Shown here piece by piece: positions 1-14,331 of a stretch of DNA of 64,000 nt. Made by a program: the position numbers and the translations under genes. This DNA comes from Malacoraja senta. Taxonomy: Eukaryota. The stretch is taken from assembly GCA_038087875.1 (NCBI GenBank), contig CM075988.1, positions 2,356,001 to 2,420,000 on the forward strand, read 5' to 3'. Each line of letters starts with the position of its first letter. Position 1 is the first letter of the stretch. Under the pieces are notes generated by a model. The model searched no databases, was not told the origin of the DNA, and worked only from the letters and a program-made list of their open reading frames with translations.

Positions 1-205
1 TATATACACTAGGGACAATTTGCAATTATACCAAGCCCATTAGCCTACAAACCTGTATGTCTTTGGAGTGTGGGAAGAAACCAGAGATCCCGGAGAAACC
101 CCATGCAGGTCACGGGAGACTGTACAAACGGCACCCGTAATCAGGATCGAACCCGGGTCTCTGGCGCTGTAAGGCAGCAACTCTACCGCTGCGCCGTCGT
201 GCCGC
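1..205 (-). mobile_element. V-SINE-like tRNA-derived SINE (truncated by the window start)
   Basis: Reverse complement shows a tRNA-like head (GGCGCAGCGGTAGAG...GGTTCGATCC) followed by a V-domain-like TTTCTTCCCACACTCCAAAGAC; same family as the copies at 23195, 26727, 30601 and 48011. Confidence 0.75.
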
Positions 206-3200
206 CTGGTAGTTTAATTCATTTTTGCACTATTTTTATCGTTACAAATTCTGCATTAAATCTTTAGTTATATATTGTTACTGCACTTTCTTTTTTAATA
301 TTGTCATCTCTCAAATATTTACACCTGTAGCAAAACAAGCAGATGTTTTTGCCAAATCTCAGTCCCATTATCCAAGACAAATTGTGCACTGCAAAGCAAT
401 ATGGGTTGAATGCAAAAGCCAAACATGGTGAGCATTTTAAAGTGCCTATTTAACAGAACAAAATCTGCAAGACCTGTATCGACTTGTACAATCGACACTA
501 ACTAGTTACATGACATGGTTTTATTTATTACAGGGTATCCTCGAATTGTAGGCTGACACACCCTTGTGAACTATCAAGAGAGTTAAGTCAGAATGTTTAA
601 TTGTCATATGCACTGGAACGGGGACATTGGAATTGTTATCTGCTGCATCTTTACAGGACAAAAGCACAGCATCAGGACAGCTAATCTTCTGCACTAAGTA
701 TCTGTTCAGCTACAATACATATACCATTAATGAACATTTGAAAGCAGAGTCACTTATGATTCCTGAACAGCTGATACTTCACTTGTTCTGTCATCCAGCC
801 ATCCTGAATGTAGCAGCTCTAACAAAAAAAAGCAAAAGGTGTTTCCTGAATTTCAAATCCTCGAGCTGAAACTTGGCAGATCCCAGCGAGTTCCGGCTTG
901 TGCGACATAGGCCAAGGTGACATCTTCAAACTTGGCAGGTCTATAAGTCAGGCGCTCACACGCCAGCAACGAGTGTTGCGAGGTTACAATGACAAACTAG
1001 AAAAATGCTCCATAAGGGCACTTAACTTAACTTCATAGAGCCAGCTTCCAGCTTTCTAATATCGATAGTGAGGTCAGAAACTCACAGTATCACTGCCAAT
1101 GAGTATTTCCAAATGTTAGTCATGGACTTATACAATGAAACAGGCCCTTTGACCCAACCAAGTTGCCGACCTGAGCTGGTCCCATTTGCCTGCCTGCATG
1201 TGGCCCCGTATCCCTCAACCTTTTCTATCCATATCCTCTGGATGAAAAAGGTTGACCCTCAGCTCCTCTTTACATTTTTCCATTCTCACCTTAAATCTAT
1301 ATTCTTTCATTTTAGACTCCACTACCCTTGGAAAAGACTGTTGTTATTCACCTTACCTATGGAGCTCATGATTTCATGTAGACGATAATTCTTCTGCCTC
1401 CTCGGCTTCAGGGATAAAAAGCCCCATCCTATCCTGTCTTTGCTTATAACTTAAGGGAGAGGATCATGACAGAAGCCCCTTTGTGGCGATCTCTGGAAAA
1501 CGACGACACAATGCACTATGCGACGCGTCGGGCGACCAATTCTGTCAACATGTTGGACGACAGAAGCCAACAGCGAGCTATACGTCGTCTGACACACGAG
1601 CGAACTTAAGGACACTCCAGACCCAGTAACAACCTCATGAATCTTTTCTGCACTCTTTCCTGCTTAATATCCTTCATGTACCCAAGCTACCGGAAGTAAA
1701 CAATTCTTCCAAGCGTGGTCTAACCAACGTCCTGTACAGTTGTAACATGACATCCAAATGTTTGTACTCGGTGCCCTGACCAATGAATGTAATTATGACA
1801 AATGCCTTCTTCACCACAGTGTTGCCAATTTCAGAGAATCATACTTGTACCCCTTGTTCTCTCTGTTCTACCATACTCCCAAGGTCACTGCCATTTACTG
1901 TATTCTGCCCTGGTTTAAGTTCCCAAATACAACACTTGCACTTTGTGTTGAATTCTATCGTTGGCCCCCTTTCCTAGTTGATCTAAATCTTGTGTTTATC
2001 TTAGATAACCTTCTTCCCTTCCGCTACACCAATGTTGGCATCAACCACAAACTTATTAACTCCATTAGTATAAAAATGACACAGATATGGATAACTTCAA
2101 ACTTACTATTTGACTTAGTAATAAATAAGAATGTCTTTGAAAGTAAAATACTAAACAGTGAAGAAAAGACTCCCAAAGGTATGCCCAAGCATGTCCAGCA
2201 ACTAAACAGCCAAAGGACTGAAGGGCCTCGACCCGAAACTCCACCCATTCCTTCTCTCCAGAGATGCTGCCTGTCCCGCTGAGTTACTCCAGCATTTTGT
2301 GGCTATCGTTGGCTTAAACCAGCATCTGCAGTTCCTTCATACACAAACAAAGGATCTTCATATACAAAGAACAGCAATCCAGCTGTGAGTAGTCTGAGGA
2401 ATGTATGCAATTACTTGCAGCTATGTCAGAAAAACTTTAGTGGGGCTAAAGACTGATAATTTCTCAGGTGTAAAATAATAGTAAATTTTAATTAGTAATC
2501 AACATTTGTACTGGAAATAGCTACCTGAAGGAAAATCGTGGCTAGAGCAATGAAAGGCATTCAAAGATTCAAATATGTTCTGTCAAACAAATTGGGTGGA
2601 ACTGTCAAACTACAGCCTCCAAATGACAAGGTCATTTGATAGATACTGAAAGTATAATAGAGCAGAAAATGCATAAAAGTGAAATTAAAACGTGAGCAAA
2701 CCAAGGAACGGAAATGAGAAAATACCAGCAACTAAAATCAAACCGCAAATGTTTTCTAAATACTTAAATCGTTCAGTTTCCTATAACTTGTTACTCTGCC
2801 ATTTCTGCAAACCCTCCTAATACTTAAAAGCATAAACTGAAAGAGTAAAACAATTTGCATTATGGTTGGAATTCACTTACATGTTGCACAAGTGGCAACA
2901 AATATTTTACAGAGTTACAAATATTTTACAGAGTTACAATAAGGCAGAAGGGCTCTGGAAACACAAATTTGTATAATATGTTCAACTCCTTCAGATACTT
3001 CCAAGTATGGTAAGCTTCAAAAAGTGCTTGCAAATTATACAACATTGCTCTTCTGGAGTCTGCTCTCCTCATTCAGAAGCTTCTTTCGTGCAGTTGAAGT
3101 TCAGTGATCTGAGACTTCAGGTGACTGTGCCTTTCCCTGGAACAATCGCAGATAGGTCATGCATTGACAGTTTTGTGCAGTGCGGTCTACTGTTAGCCTT

Positions 3201-3389
3201 TCCCCTTTGGAAGACATTTGGACAGGTATCTGGATAGGACAAAAATGGATATGGGTCAAACGCAGGCAAATGGAACTAGCTTTGATGGGCATCATGTTTA
3301 GCGTGAATGAGTCGAGACGAAAAGCCAGTGTCCATGTATGATGCTACGACTCTTGAAGACAATGGCATCTAGTGGCTGCAAACCATTCT

Positions 3390-5970
3390 CAAGGAGAATG
3401 CCGTGCAGCCAGAAGACGTCATGCACATTAGCACAAATGATATAACTTACAAAAGGACGAGGTCATGCAGAGTGAATATAGGGAGTCAGGACAAAGGTTA
3501 AAAAGCAGGTCCTCAAGGACAGTAATCCCCAGATTATTCCTGGTGCCATGTGCTAATGAGGGTAGGAATAGGAAGTTTGGACAGTTAAATATGTGGCTGG
3601 GGAGTTGGTGCAAGGATTCAGATTTGGGGACCATTGGGATCCCTTGGGGGCAGAAGTGACCTGCACAAGAGGGATGGGTTGCACCTCAACTGGCAGGCAG
3701 GTTTGTTGGTGCTACTTGGCAGCATTTAAACTGGACTGGCAGGGGAACAGGATCCATTGCAGTAGTGAGGCAGGTGGGAGGCCGAAGGTCAGTACATAAG
3801 TTAATGAGAGCAGGTTCCCTAGACAGGATAGGCAGGAGCACAGCAGGGTGTAGGGAAAGACGGTTCGATTAAATTGTATTTATTTCAATGCTAGAAGCCT
3901 GAAGGGCGAAGTTGATGAACTCAGGGCATGGATAGGTACATGCGACTGGGACACACTGGCCATTACAGAAATTTAGCTAAGGAGGGAGAGGACAAGCAGC
4001 TTAATGTTCCAGGATACATGTACTACGAGGTGAGAGAGAGAGGTAGAAGAGGAGGGGGAATTGTTTTATTGATTAAAGAGAACATCATTGCAGCAGGCTT
4101 AGATTATATCACTGAAGGTTCGCTCAGAGAGGCAATATGAGTGAAGCTGAATAACAAAAACTGGATGATCACCTTGAGGGGATTGTGCAATAGGCCCCCA
4201 AATAGACAATGGGAATTACAGGAACAAATGTACCGGGAGATTGCAGGCTGCTGCAAGACTAACAGTGTTGCCATCATAGCGGATTTTAACTTTCCGATAT
4301 AGTCAGGGGCTGGCATAATGCCAGACTTAGATGGGTGGAATTTGTCAAGTGTGCTCAGGAGAGTTTCCTCAGGCAATATGTAGAGAGCCCCACTAGAGAG
4401 GGGCCAAAGCTTGAGCTACTCTCCGGCAATTGGGCAGTGCAAGTACCTGCAAGCCTTTTGGGACCGGCCACTACAGTTCTATTAGGTTTTAAATAGTTAT
4501 AGATAAGGAATGATTGATCCACAAATTAAAGTTCAAAATTGGGGCAAGGCCAACTTCAATGGTATTGGACAGGAGCTTGCAAAAGTTGACTGGGAGGTTC
4601 TCTGTGGGCAATGGAACCTCCAGAAAGTGTGATGATTTTGAAAGTGTGATTGTGAGAGTTCAAGATACATATGCAAGGCAGGTATGAGTAAAGAAGTCTG
4701 AAAAAAGGTCCTGACCCAAAATGCCACCTATTCATGTTCTCCAGGGATGCTACCTGACCCAGTCTGAAGAAGGGTTTCGGCCGAAACGTTGCCTATTTCC
4801 TTCGTTCCAGAGATGCTGCCGCACCCGCTGAGTTTCTCCAGCACTTTTGTCTACCATTGAGTTACTCCATCCCTTTGTGTCAATTTGAAGAATATGGAAC
4901 CTTGGATGCCAAGAGAAATGGAGGATCAGGACAAGAAGGATACATGGATTAGTTATAGGCAGCTGGGATGGTGTATCCCTGGAGAAGTAGAAGCAGATTT
5001 AAGGAGGAAATTGAGGGTGAGGGAATCGAGGGTGTGAGATAACTCTGGCAGATACATTCAAGAGAATCCAGAGAAATTTTATGTATATTAAGTGAAAAAG
5101 ATAGTTAGCATAGTTTTGGCCTTTGGAGATTGTGTCATTTGAATGTGATTGAGGTTTCGAAGTAGTAACCAAGATGGTTAATGAGCGCAGGGCCATATGA
5201 TATGAAGTCGATATGAACTTCAGCAAGACCTTTGAAAAGGTTCCATGTGGTAGGCTCTTTTGTGGAATGAGATCCAGGGAGGGCTTGCTAACTAAATACA
5301 GATTTGGGTTCATGGTAGGATGCAGAGTGTGGAAGGTTGTTTTTCAAACTGGAAGTCTGGATCGATGTTAGCACCCTTGTTGTCTGTCTTCTATATCAAT
5401 GATCTGGATGAGAATGTGCAAGATATATTTAGTCAGTTTGCAGATGACACCAAAATAGCTGATATCATATACAGTGAATGTGCTTAAGAATTGCCCCGGG
5501 ATCTTGATCAGCTAGGCAAGTAGGCTGAGGAATGGCTAATGGAGTTTAATTCAGATGTGTGTACAGTGCTGCATGTTGGGAAGTCAAACCAGGTCACGAG
5601 CTTCACAGTGAATTGTGGTGCCCCAGGGGTAGTTGCACAGAAGGATCTTTGAGTACAAATACATTGTTCCCTAAAAATGCAGCGTAGGTGGTGAAGGCAG
5701 CTTTTGGCACACTGGCCTTCCATCAGCCAGGGAATTAAGTCTGAAGAAGAATCCCAACGCAAAATGTCATGTATCCATCTTCTCCAGACATGCTGCCTGA
5801 CCCGCTGAGTTACTCCAGCTGTTTGTGTTTGTTTTTGTAAATCAGCATCTGAAGTTCCTTGTTTCTAGTAGTTGGGGCATTTTGTACAATACGTTATTGA
5901 GGCTGCACTTACATTGCAGGAGGCTTCAGGATCTTTAAAAGATGTATAAAATCATGAGGTGGGAATAGAT
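3390..5970 (+). mobile_element. Degenerate CR1 LINE (ORF1 esterase remnant, endonuclease and RT remnants) with nested Penelope ends
   Basis: Frameshifted fragments resembling the better-preserved CR1 at 51583-55392 (NMWLGSWCK..., RGRRGGGIVLLIKE, ISQFADDTK). Confidence 0.75.
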
Positions 5971-7853
5971 AGAGTGAGAAACACTGCTGTCGGGTCATTA
6001 TCTCAGGTTAGCATTGCCAGAGCTGAATCAACCAGACGGCTTTCAACTATGCAAGGAATTTGAAGATAGCACAAGAATGTTGAACTTTAAAGAGGGCTCA
6101 TTGTGCTAGGTTAGCAGGAGTTGATTTTTTAAAAAATATTATAGGCAAATGACTGCCCTCACTAGTTTGTCTCACTTATTATAATAAAAACTTAAATTAT
6201 GTTATTTATAGTAGTTGTGGCTCACAGACGATCAAAAGAAAATGTGATAATATCGTCAAGGATTTCTGTCACCCTGTACATTCCGGTTTCTCTCTACTAA
6301 CGCCTTGGTGGAGATACAGCAAGTTGAACACCGCAAGACAACAGTTTTACCCCCATTTCTATTCAACTCCTGGAGGTGCTATTCGTAACTCTACAGCAAT
6401 CTGCTATTCCATTATTATGTCTACATTCCATTATACTTCAATGTTCTGTTGCACAACTCAGATTTTGCACCAGTCTTGCATCAATCAGCTGTTGTGCACT
6501 ATGTATTTATTGGTGTATTTATCACTTCTCTATATGGTTTACTCTGTGAGCTTGACATGAAGGAGGAATTACATTACACCCAGATGCACAAGACATTAAA
6601 TTCATCTAAGGTATACCCCACTAATGTCAATTAACCCTTCTGCTATTATTATGAAATATGCCCCATACAACCACATTTCCATGAGCATGAGATCTCTTTA
6701 GAAAAAGTTGGAAACACTCAGCCTTCAGATTTCCTTATTTCTCAGGTTATGGGTGAATGTTACACTGTCCACTCCAACTTACTGAGAAATGGTGTGGGGC
6801 TATCTTACTTCACAACAAAAAACTAAAGAGGAACTATTCATGCGTAATTTTATGTGTATGCATGCGTGCGCATATACACAATGAACTTTTTTTCGAGTCT
6901 ATTACATTGTTTACAGTGTGCTATGATTAAATATTCTGTTGTGCTGCTGCAAGTAAGAATTTCATTGCACTATCTGGGACATGACAATAAACACGACTCT
7001 TTTGACTCTTGACTAATTAAATATTAAATTTACTGATACAATATTAGTAAATATTAAGAAAATGTAATATACTCAGCAGGTCAAGAAGCATCTGCAAGAA
7101 CTGAAAGGGCTAATATTTCAGATCAATTACCTTTCATGAAAAAGGTAACGTTTTCTCCCTCACAAAGGCTGCCTGACCTGCTGAGTATTTCCAGTGTTTT
7201 CCACTTTCATTTAAAATTTTCAACCGTAGCAATAATTGAACTTTTTTCTTTTCAATTGCAATTCAACTCGCCATCAACTCTCTCCTTGGAATGATCAAAT
7301 TTGAATCAATTCTGCTCCCATCACATTCACTCTCATAGATTTTGTATTGATTACTCCACAATTTGATAAGATCATTGATGACCAGTGACTTATGCACATT
7401 GTTACCTTTCTCACCCCCCCCCCCATCTTATTAATACTTCAAGAGAAGGAAAAAATATTTTCAGAATGTTGATTTTCTCTCTGAAACTTAAATTTGATGA
7501 GAGAATTTCTGCCTATCACTTACCCACCTGTCTCACCCCTCCATCTCATTTCCATACACCAGCTATCTCCCCTGCACACTCTCAGTCCTGATGCACAGTC
7601 TTGACTTGAAAAATCAACAACCCCTTTGCTTCCACTTATGCTACTTGATCAGATGAGTTCCACCAACAGTTTATCTTGGTTCACAACTGTTTAAGTGGAT
7701 ATAAAATACTTTGGGGCATCATGCCAAAAACTTGAAATTAACAATATAAATCCAAGTGTATAGGAAGGAACTGCAGATGCTGGTTTAAATCGAAGATAGA
7801 CATAAAATGCTAGAGTAACTCAGCAGGACAGGCAGCATCTCTGGAGACAAGGG

Positions 7854-8906
7854 ATGGTTAATGACCCCAGAATTAACGGGAAAGGAAGCTCACAAAGGGA
7901 GAGGAGAGTATGGCCAAGTGTAATAGGGATCGATGTGAAAGGTGAGATGTGTAAGGAATTAAAAGTATTGTATATGAATGCACGAAGTATAAGAAGTAAA
8001 GTAGATGAGCTTGAGGCTCAGTTAGAGGTTTGTAGATATGACATTGTGGGGATTACTGAGACGTGGCTGCAGGAGGATCGGGCCTGGGAACTTAATATTC
8101 AGGGTTATACATCCTATAGAAAGGACAGGCAGGTGGGCAGAGGAGGGGGGGTAGCTCTGCTGGTGAGGGAGGGAATTCAGTCCCTTGCAAGTAAAGACAT
8201 AGGGACTGACGAGGTAGAGTCACTGTGGATTGAGTTGAGGAATTGTAAAGGCAAGATTGTGTGTTGGTGTTATTGGTGTTATTTACAGACCCCCAAATAG
8301 TAGCCCGGGAGTTGCAGCAGGAGTTAAAACTGGCATGTAACAAAGGTAATGCCACTGTGGTGATGGGGGATTTCAATATGCAGGTAGATTGGGAAAATCA
8401 GGTTGGTTCAGGACCCCAAGAAAGAGAGTTTGTAGAGTGCCTCCGAGATGGATTCTTAGAGCAGCTTGTAATGGAGCCGACCACAGAAAAGGCAATTCTG
8501 GATTTAGTGTTGTCCAATGAACCAGATATGATAAGAGAACTCGAGGTAAAGGAACCGCTTGGAGGTAGTGATCATAATATGATTAGTTTTAATCTGCAAT
8601 TTGAGAAGGAGAACGTTAAATCGGAAGTGGCAGTGATGCAGTTGAACAAAGGGGACTATGAAGGCATGAGAGGGGAGCTAGCCAAAGTAGACTGGAAAGG
8701 GATCCTAGCAGGAATGACGGTGGAACAGCAATGGCAGGAATTTCTGGGCATAATCCGGAAGACGCAGGATCATTTCATTCCAAAAAGGAAGAAAGATTCT
8801 AAGGGGAGTAGGAGGCAACCGTGGCTGACAAGAGAAGTTAGGGACAGAATAAAACGAAAAGAAAAGATGTATAACACAGCAAAGAGTAGCTGGAAACCAG
8901 AGGATT
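7854..8906 (+). mobile_element. CR1 LINE ORF2 5' part (APE endonuclease), running into an assembly gap
   Basis: LYMNARSIRSK, DIVGITETWL, VMGDFN, ILDLVL, GGSDHNMI endonuclease motifs across ORFs 7854-8300 and 8261-gap. Confidence 0.9.
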
Positions 8907-9106
8907 NNNNNNNNNNNNNNNNNNNNNNNNNNNNNNNNNNNNNNNNNNNNNNNNNNNNNNNNNNNNNNNNNNNNNNNNNNNNNNNNNNNNNNNNNNNNNN
9001 NNNNNNNNNNNNNNNNNNNNNNNNNNNNNNNNNNNNNNNNNNNNNNNNNNNNNNNNNNNNNNNNNNNNNNNNNNNNNNNNNNNNNNNNNNNNNNNNNNNN
9101 NNNNNN
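8907..9106. other. Assembly gap (200 N)
   Basis: Run of N. Confidence 1.
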
Positions 9107-12100
9107 CAATTGTCTCGAGTGGGACTACATTGCTGAGTTGACTGCCGGTGAACCTCACTTCAACATCGGGAAGTTATTGGAAAGGATTGTTTTAGATAGA
9201 ATTTACTTGCGTTTGGAAGAGATTGGGATAATTAAGGCCAGTTATCATGACTTTATCCATGATGGGTCATGTCTTGCTGAGTTTTTTGAGGGGGTGACGA
9301 AGGTGATCGATGAGTGTAGAGCAGTGGATGTTATCTACGTGGATTTTGGTAAGGCATTTGATAAAGTCCCTTATGGTAGGCAGATCCTGAAGGGCAGTGG
9401 AGGAATGCCACCGGCCTTGCCAGTCTCTGGAGCAGTCTCTACATGTACCAATGGTTACTGTAAGATCAGCTTTCCTTGAGAGTGACTGCTGAGGGATCTC
9501 TGGCCGTGTCTTCAGGACCTATGGGGATCAGCTGGCAGAGGTATTCATAGACATCTTCTTTCGTGTTCATCTTCTATGTTTCAAATGTTGACATCGCTGT
9601 CATCGTCCGTCCTGAAAAGGACGCAGCTTCCGGCGACAATCAGTGGGAGCCATCACTTGTTGCAATAGATGATGGTGGTAGCAGAATTAGCTCGGGATGC
9701 TTCCAGTTTCCATCCCCGCGACGTGGACGCTTCTGCGATGGGGCCTTAGACATCTTTAACCTTTCACTTTGAGCCCCTCGCCTGCTTTAAGAGCGCCAAA
9801 ATCATCCCAGTGCCAAAGAAAAGTAATGTAGCATGCTTCATTGACGACAATCCAGTGGCTCTGACATCCACCATCATGAAGCACGAGAGAGACTGGTCAT
9901 AGTGCACATTAACCTCGGCTTTCCAGCCAGCCAGCCTTGCACTGCAGGTTGCTTACTATCGCAACAGGTCCACAGCAGAGTCGTTGGACAGGCTTGGAAT
10001 GTTTTCTCTGGAGTTTCGGAGGTTGAGGAGAGACATGATAGAAATATGTAAAATTATGAGAGGCATACTGTGGAAATGTTAAATACCAGAGTGCATAGCT
10101 TTGTCAGGGAGCAAATGTTTAAAGATATGTGTGATGCAAGTTTTTTTGCAGAGGATGATAAGTACGTGGAACGTGCTGCCTGGGGTGGCATGATAGTTGC
10201 ATCTAAGAGGCTTTGAGTCAGGCACATGGATTTGCAGAGAATGGTGGTTTATGGATCACATGCAGGCCGAGGAGATTAATTTAGCATGTATTCGGCACAG
10301 ACATTGTGGGCCGAAGGCCTGTTCTCACTCTGTACTGTTCTGTATTGAAGTATGAAAAGGGATATCGTGCAATTGTCCAGCAAGACCTAATTTGGCACAC
10401 TCGGGAATTTGGTGCCAGATTGATAGACCTTTACCATAGTCATTTTGCCTCTTCTTAGCCTTCACAATTCTGTACATCCATCTTTCACCTATCTGCTCTT
10501 TTCATAAAGAATCCACTTTCTAGGTTTTGTATTGTGTTGAGACTTAAAATTTATGCCACGTATACCTTAACTAAAGCCATAAATACTTGCAAAAAGAACC
10601 AGTAGTTCTAATAAAAAGCTGATAAGGAACACCAGCATGTGTTTCTCTTTAGCTGAAGAATATAATTGTTCTCAGCATGGGTCTGCTTTGTTCCTTCGTA
10701 AATATTGTTTCCATGCCTCCACCATCTCATTAATCTAAATGAATTTAATTTGTTTGTATTTTATTGCACTTTGTCCAGTGTAAAAATAGAGCCAGGTTTT
10801 GCAGTTCCTCAAACCTGTTCCACCATTTAGTTAGACCATGGCTGCTCCTGTGCCTCAAGGCCACATTTACACAGATATTCTGGTTTCTTCTGATCAAATG
10901 TCTGTTGATATTGACCTTGAATTTTGCTTGACACCTGAGCATCCATAACTTTCTGAGGTATAGAATTATGAAGATTTATATGGATTTTTTTTTTCCTCAA
11001 CTGAATCTGAATCAAAGTCCAGCTTTCCAATTGGAGAAAATGTTTTACAGTATTTATCATGTAAATCCTTCAGAGTCTTAGACATCTCACTCTTCTCGTC
11101 GACAAGGTCCCAGAAGACCACCATGTTCCTGTGAGGATGAAAGATAAGGATGGCAAGGTTTGTGAAGCTTGGATGTGTTTCTGTGCTTGAGGGCAACAAG
11201 GACATAGTCATAGAGTAATACAGTGTGGAAACAGGCCCTTCGGCCCAACTCATCTCATTCCTCTCTATTTCATTGTCGGCCAAACCTTTGAGACAGGACC
11301 TTCACTGTGTCCAGACGGTAGGCCGCGAGGAGGGGGCGAAGATACGGCTTGGAGGAATGACGCATCCTCGACCAGGTAGCGACTGGAAAAAAGTTTCCCC
11401 CTTCCCCCCCCCCCCCCCTCCCACCCCCACATAAAAAAGTCTAAAAGACCTCTAAAACAAACTTTTTAAAACAGACTAAAAATAACAAAAGGGTGAAAAG
11501 ACAGGAGAGACAGCTGCAAGTTGTGACCTGCAGGGGCTCCACTTAATTTGACATGAATTGACATTCATGACATTAACATGAATGAATGACTGAATGAATA
11601 AGTTTATTGGCCAAGTATTCACATACAAGGAATTTGCCTTGGTGCTCCACCCGCAATTAACAACATGACATACAGTGACAGTTAGGAATGACACATAAAA
11701 CATTAAACATTAATAATAAAACATTATCAATTAAACATGTGAATTAAATAAAATACAGAGCAAAAGGAGGCTACAGATTTTTGGTTATTGAGTAGAGCTA
11801 CTACTCATAGAAAAAAACTGTTTTTATGTCTGGCTGTGGCAGCTTTGACAGTCCAGAGGGAAGTGATTCAAAGAGCTTGTGGCCAGGGCAAGAGGGTCAG
11901 AGAGCCACTTAACCACTTAAAACATAGTCACTTAAAACATAGTACAGCACAAAAACAGGCCCTTTGGCCCACAATTTTTTTGCCGGGCATAATGCCAAGA
12001 TGAACCCTTATATACCTGTACATAATCCGTATCCCTCCATTTCATGTTTATTCAAAAGTTTCCTAATGTCACTTTTGTATCTGCCTCAACCAACACTCCT

Positions 12101-12194
12101 GGCATCACATTCCAGCCACTCACCATCCTTTATAAATTTGCCCCACGCATTTCCTTTAAACTTTGCCCTCTCACCTTAAAGCTGTGTTCTTTAG

Positions 12195-13986
12195 ATGGAA
12201 GATGGAATTAGGAGCAACACTAGCAAGTTTGCGGATGACACAAAGCTGGGTGGCAGTGTGAACTGTGAAGAGGATGTTAGGAGGTTGCAGGGTGACCTGG
12301 ACAGGTTGAGTGAGTGGGCAGATGCAGTATAATATAGATAAATGTGAGGTTATCCACTTTGGCGGTAAAAACAAGGTGGCAGATTATTATCTCAATGGGG
12401 TTAGGTTAGGTAAGGGGGAGGTACAGCGAGACCTGGGTGTCCTTGTACACCGGTCACTGAAAGTTGGCGTGCAGGTACAGCAGGCAGTGAAGAAAGCTAA
12501 TGGAATGTTGGCCTTCATAACAAGAGGATTTCAGTATAGGAGTAAAGAGGTTCTTCTGCAGTTGTATAGGGCTCTGGTGAGACCACATCTGGAGTATTGT
12601 GTACAGTTTTGGTCTCCTAATTTGTGGAAGGACATCCTTGTGATTGAGGTAGGTTCACAAGATTGATCCCTGGGATGGCGGGATTGTCATATGAGGAAAG
12701 ATTGAAAAGACTAGGCTTGTATTCACTGGAGTTTAGAAGGATGAGGGGGATCTTATAGAAACATAAAATTATAAAAGGACTGGACAAGCTAGATGCAGGA
12801 AAAATGTTCCCAATGTTGGGTGAGTCCAGAACCAGGGGCCACAGTCTTAGAATAAAGGGGAGGTCATTTAAGACTGAGGTGAGAAAAAACGTTTTCACCC
12901 AGAGAGTTGTGAATTTATGGAATTCCCTGCCACAGAGGGCAGTGGAGGCCAAATCACTGGATGGATTTAAGAGAGAGTTAGATAGAGCTCTAGGGGCTAG
13001 TGGAGTCAAGGGATATGGGGAGAAGGCAGGCACGGGTTATTGATAGGGGACGATCAGCCATGATCACAATGAATGGCGGTGCTGGCTCGAAGGGCCGAAT
13101 GGCCTCCTCCTGCACTATTTTCTATGTTTCTATGTTTCTATGTATTCACTGGAGTTTAGAAGGATGAGGGGGATTCTTATAGAAACATATAAAATTATAA
13201 AAGGACTGGACAAGCTAGATGCAGGAAAAATGTTCCCAATGTTGGGCGAGTCCAGAACCGGGGCCACAGTCTTACAATAAAGGGGAGGTCATTTAAGACT
13301 GAGGTGAGAAAAAACTTTTTCACCCAGAGAGTTGTGAATTTATGGAATTCCCTGCCACAGAGGGCAGTGGAGGCCAAAGCACTGGATGGATTTAAGAGAG
13401 AGTTAGATAGAGCTCTAGGGGCTAGTGGAGTCAAGGGATATGGGGAGAAGGCAGGCACGGGTTATTGATAGGGGACGATCAGCCATGATCACAATGAATG
13501 GCGGTGCTGGCTCGAAGGGCCGAATGGCCTCCTCCTGCACTATTTTCTATGTTTCTATGTTTCTATGTATTCACTGGAGTTTAGAAGGATGAGGGGATAT
13601 CTTATAGAAACATATAAAATTATAAAAGGACTGGACAAGCTAGATGCAGGAAAAATGTTCCCAATGTTGGGCGAGTCCAGAACCGGGGCCACAGTCTTAC
13701 AATAAAGGGGAGGTCATTTAAGACTGAGGTGAGAAAAAACGTTTCCACCCAGAGAGTTGTGAATTTATGGAATTCCCTGCCACAGAGGGCAGTGGAGGCC
13801 AAAGCACTGGATGGATTTAAGAGAGAGTTAGATAGAGCTCTAGGGGCTAGTGGAGTCAAGGGATATGGGGAGGAGGCTGGCACGGGTTATTGATTGGGGA
13901 CGATCAGCCGTGATCACAATGAATGTCGGTGCTGGCTAGAAGGGCCGAATGGCCTCCTCCTGCACCTATTTTCTATGTTTCTATGT
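12195..13986 (+). mobile_element. 5'-truncated CR1 LINE whose 3' ~425 bp is present three times in tandem
   Basis: SKFADDTKLGG, LVRPHLEYCVQFWSP and TRGHSLRI motifs; units begin TGTATTCACTGGAG at 12718, 13141 and 13566, each ending in a (TTTCTATG)n tail. Confidence 0.9.
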
Positions 13987-14154
13987 CACCCATTTTTTCT
14001 CTCCAGACATGCTGCCTGTCCTGCTGAGTTACTCCTGCATTTTGTGTCTACCTTCGATTTAAACCAGCATCTGCAGTTCTTTTCTACACATGAGGAGAGA
14101 ATGGATGGGTTGGGTTTCATGGAGGTGGCTGAGGGTGGACATTAGAGAGGCGTT

Positions 14155-14331
14155 CATAGAAACATAGAAAATAGGTGCAGGAGGAGGCCATTCGACCCTT
14201 CGAGCCAGCATCGCCATTCATTGTGATCATGGCTGATCGTCCCCTATCAATAACCTGTGCCTGCCTTCTCCCCATATCCCTTGACTCCACTAGCCCCTAG
14301 AGCTCTATCTAACTCTCTCTTAAATCCATCC
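14155..14331 (-). mobile_element. CR1 3' end, inverted relative to the adjacent CR1
   Basis: Near-exact reverse complement of 13809-13986, including the CATAGAAA tail. Confidence 0.85.

Noticed and set aside
1448..1611. CpG-rich ~150-bp insert flanked by AACTTAAGG
   Set aside because: Probably a small TE remnant, but no clear TIRs or family could be established.
2898..2940. 19-bp tandem duplication (a similar 21-bp one lies at ~28701-28740)
   Set aside because: Ordinary local slippage with no further structure.
11360..11396. HPRPGSDWKKV resembling the upstream ARHGAP32 exon (HPRERPDWEE)
   Set aside because: No suitable splice sites or extended similarity; it sits in repeat-like sequence next to a poly-C tract.
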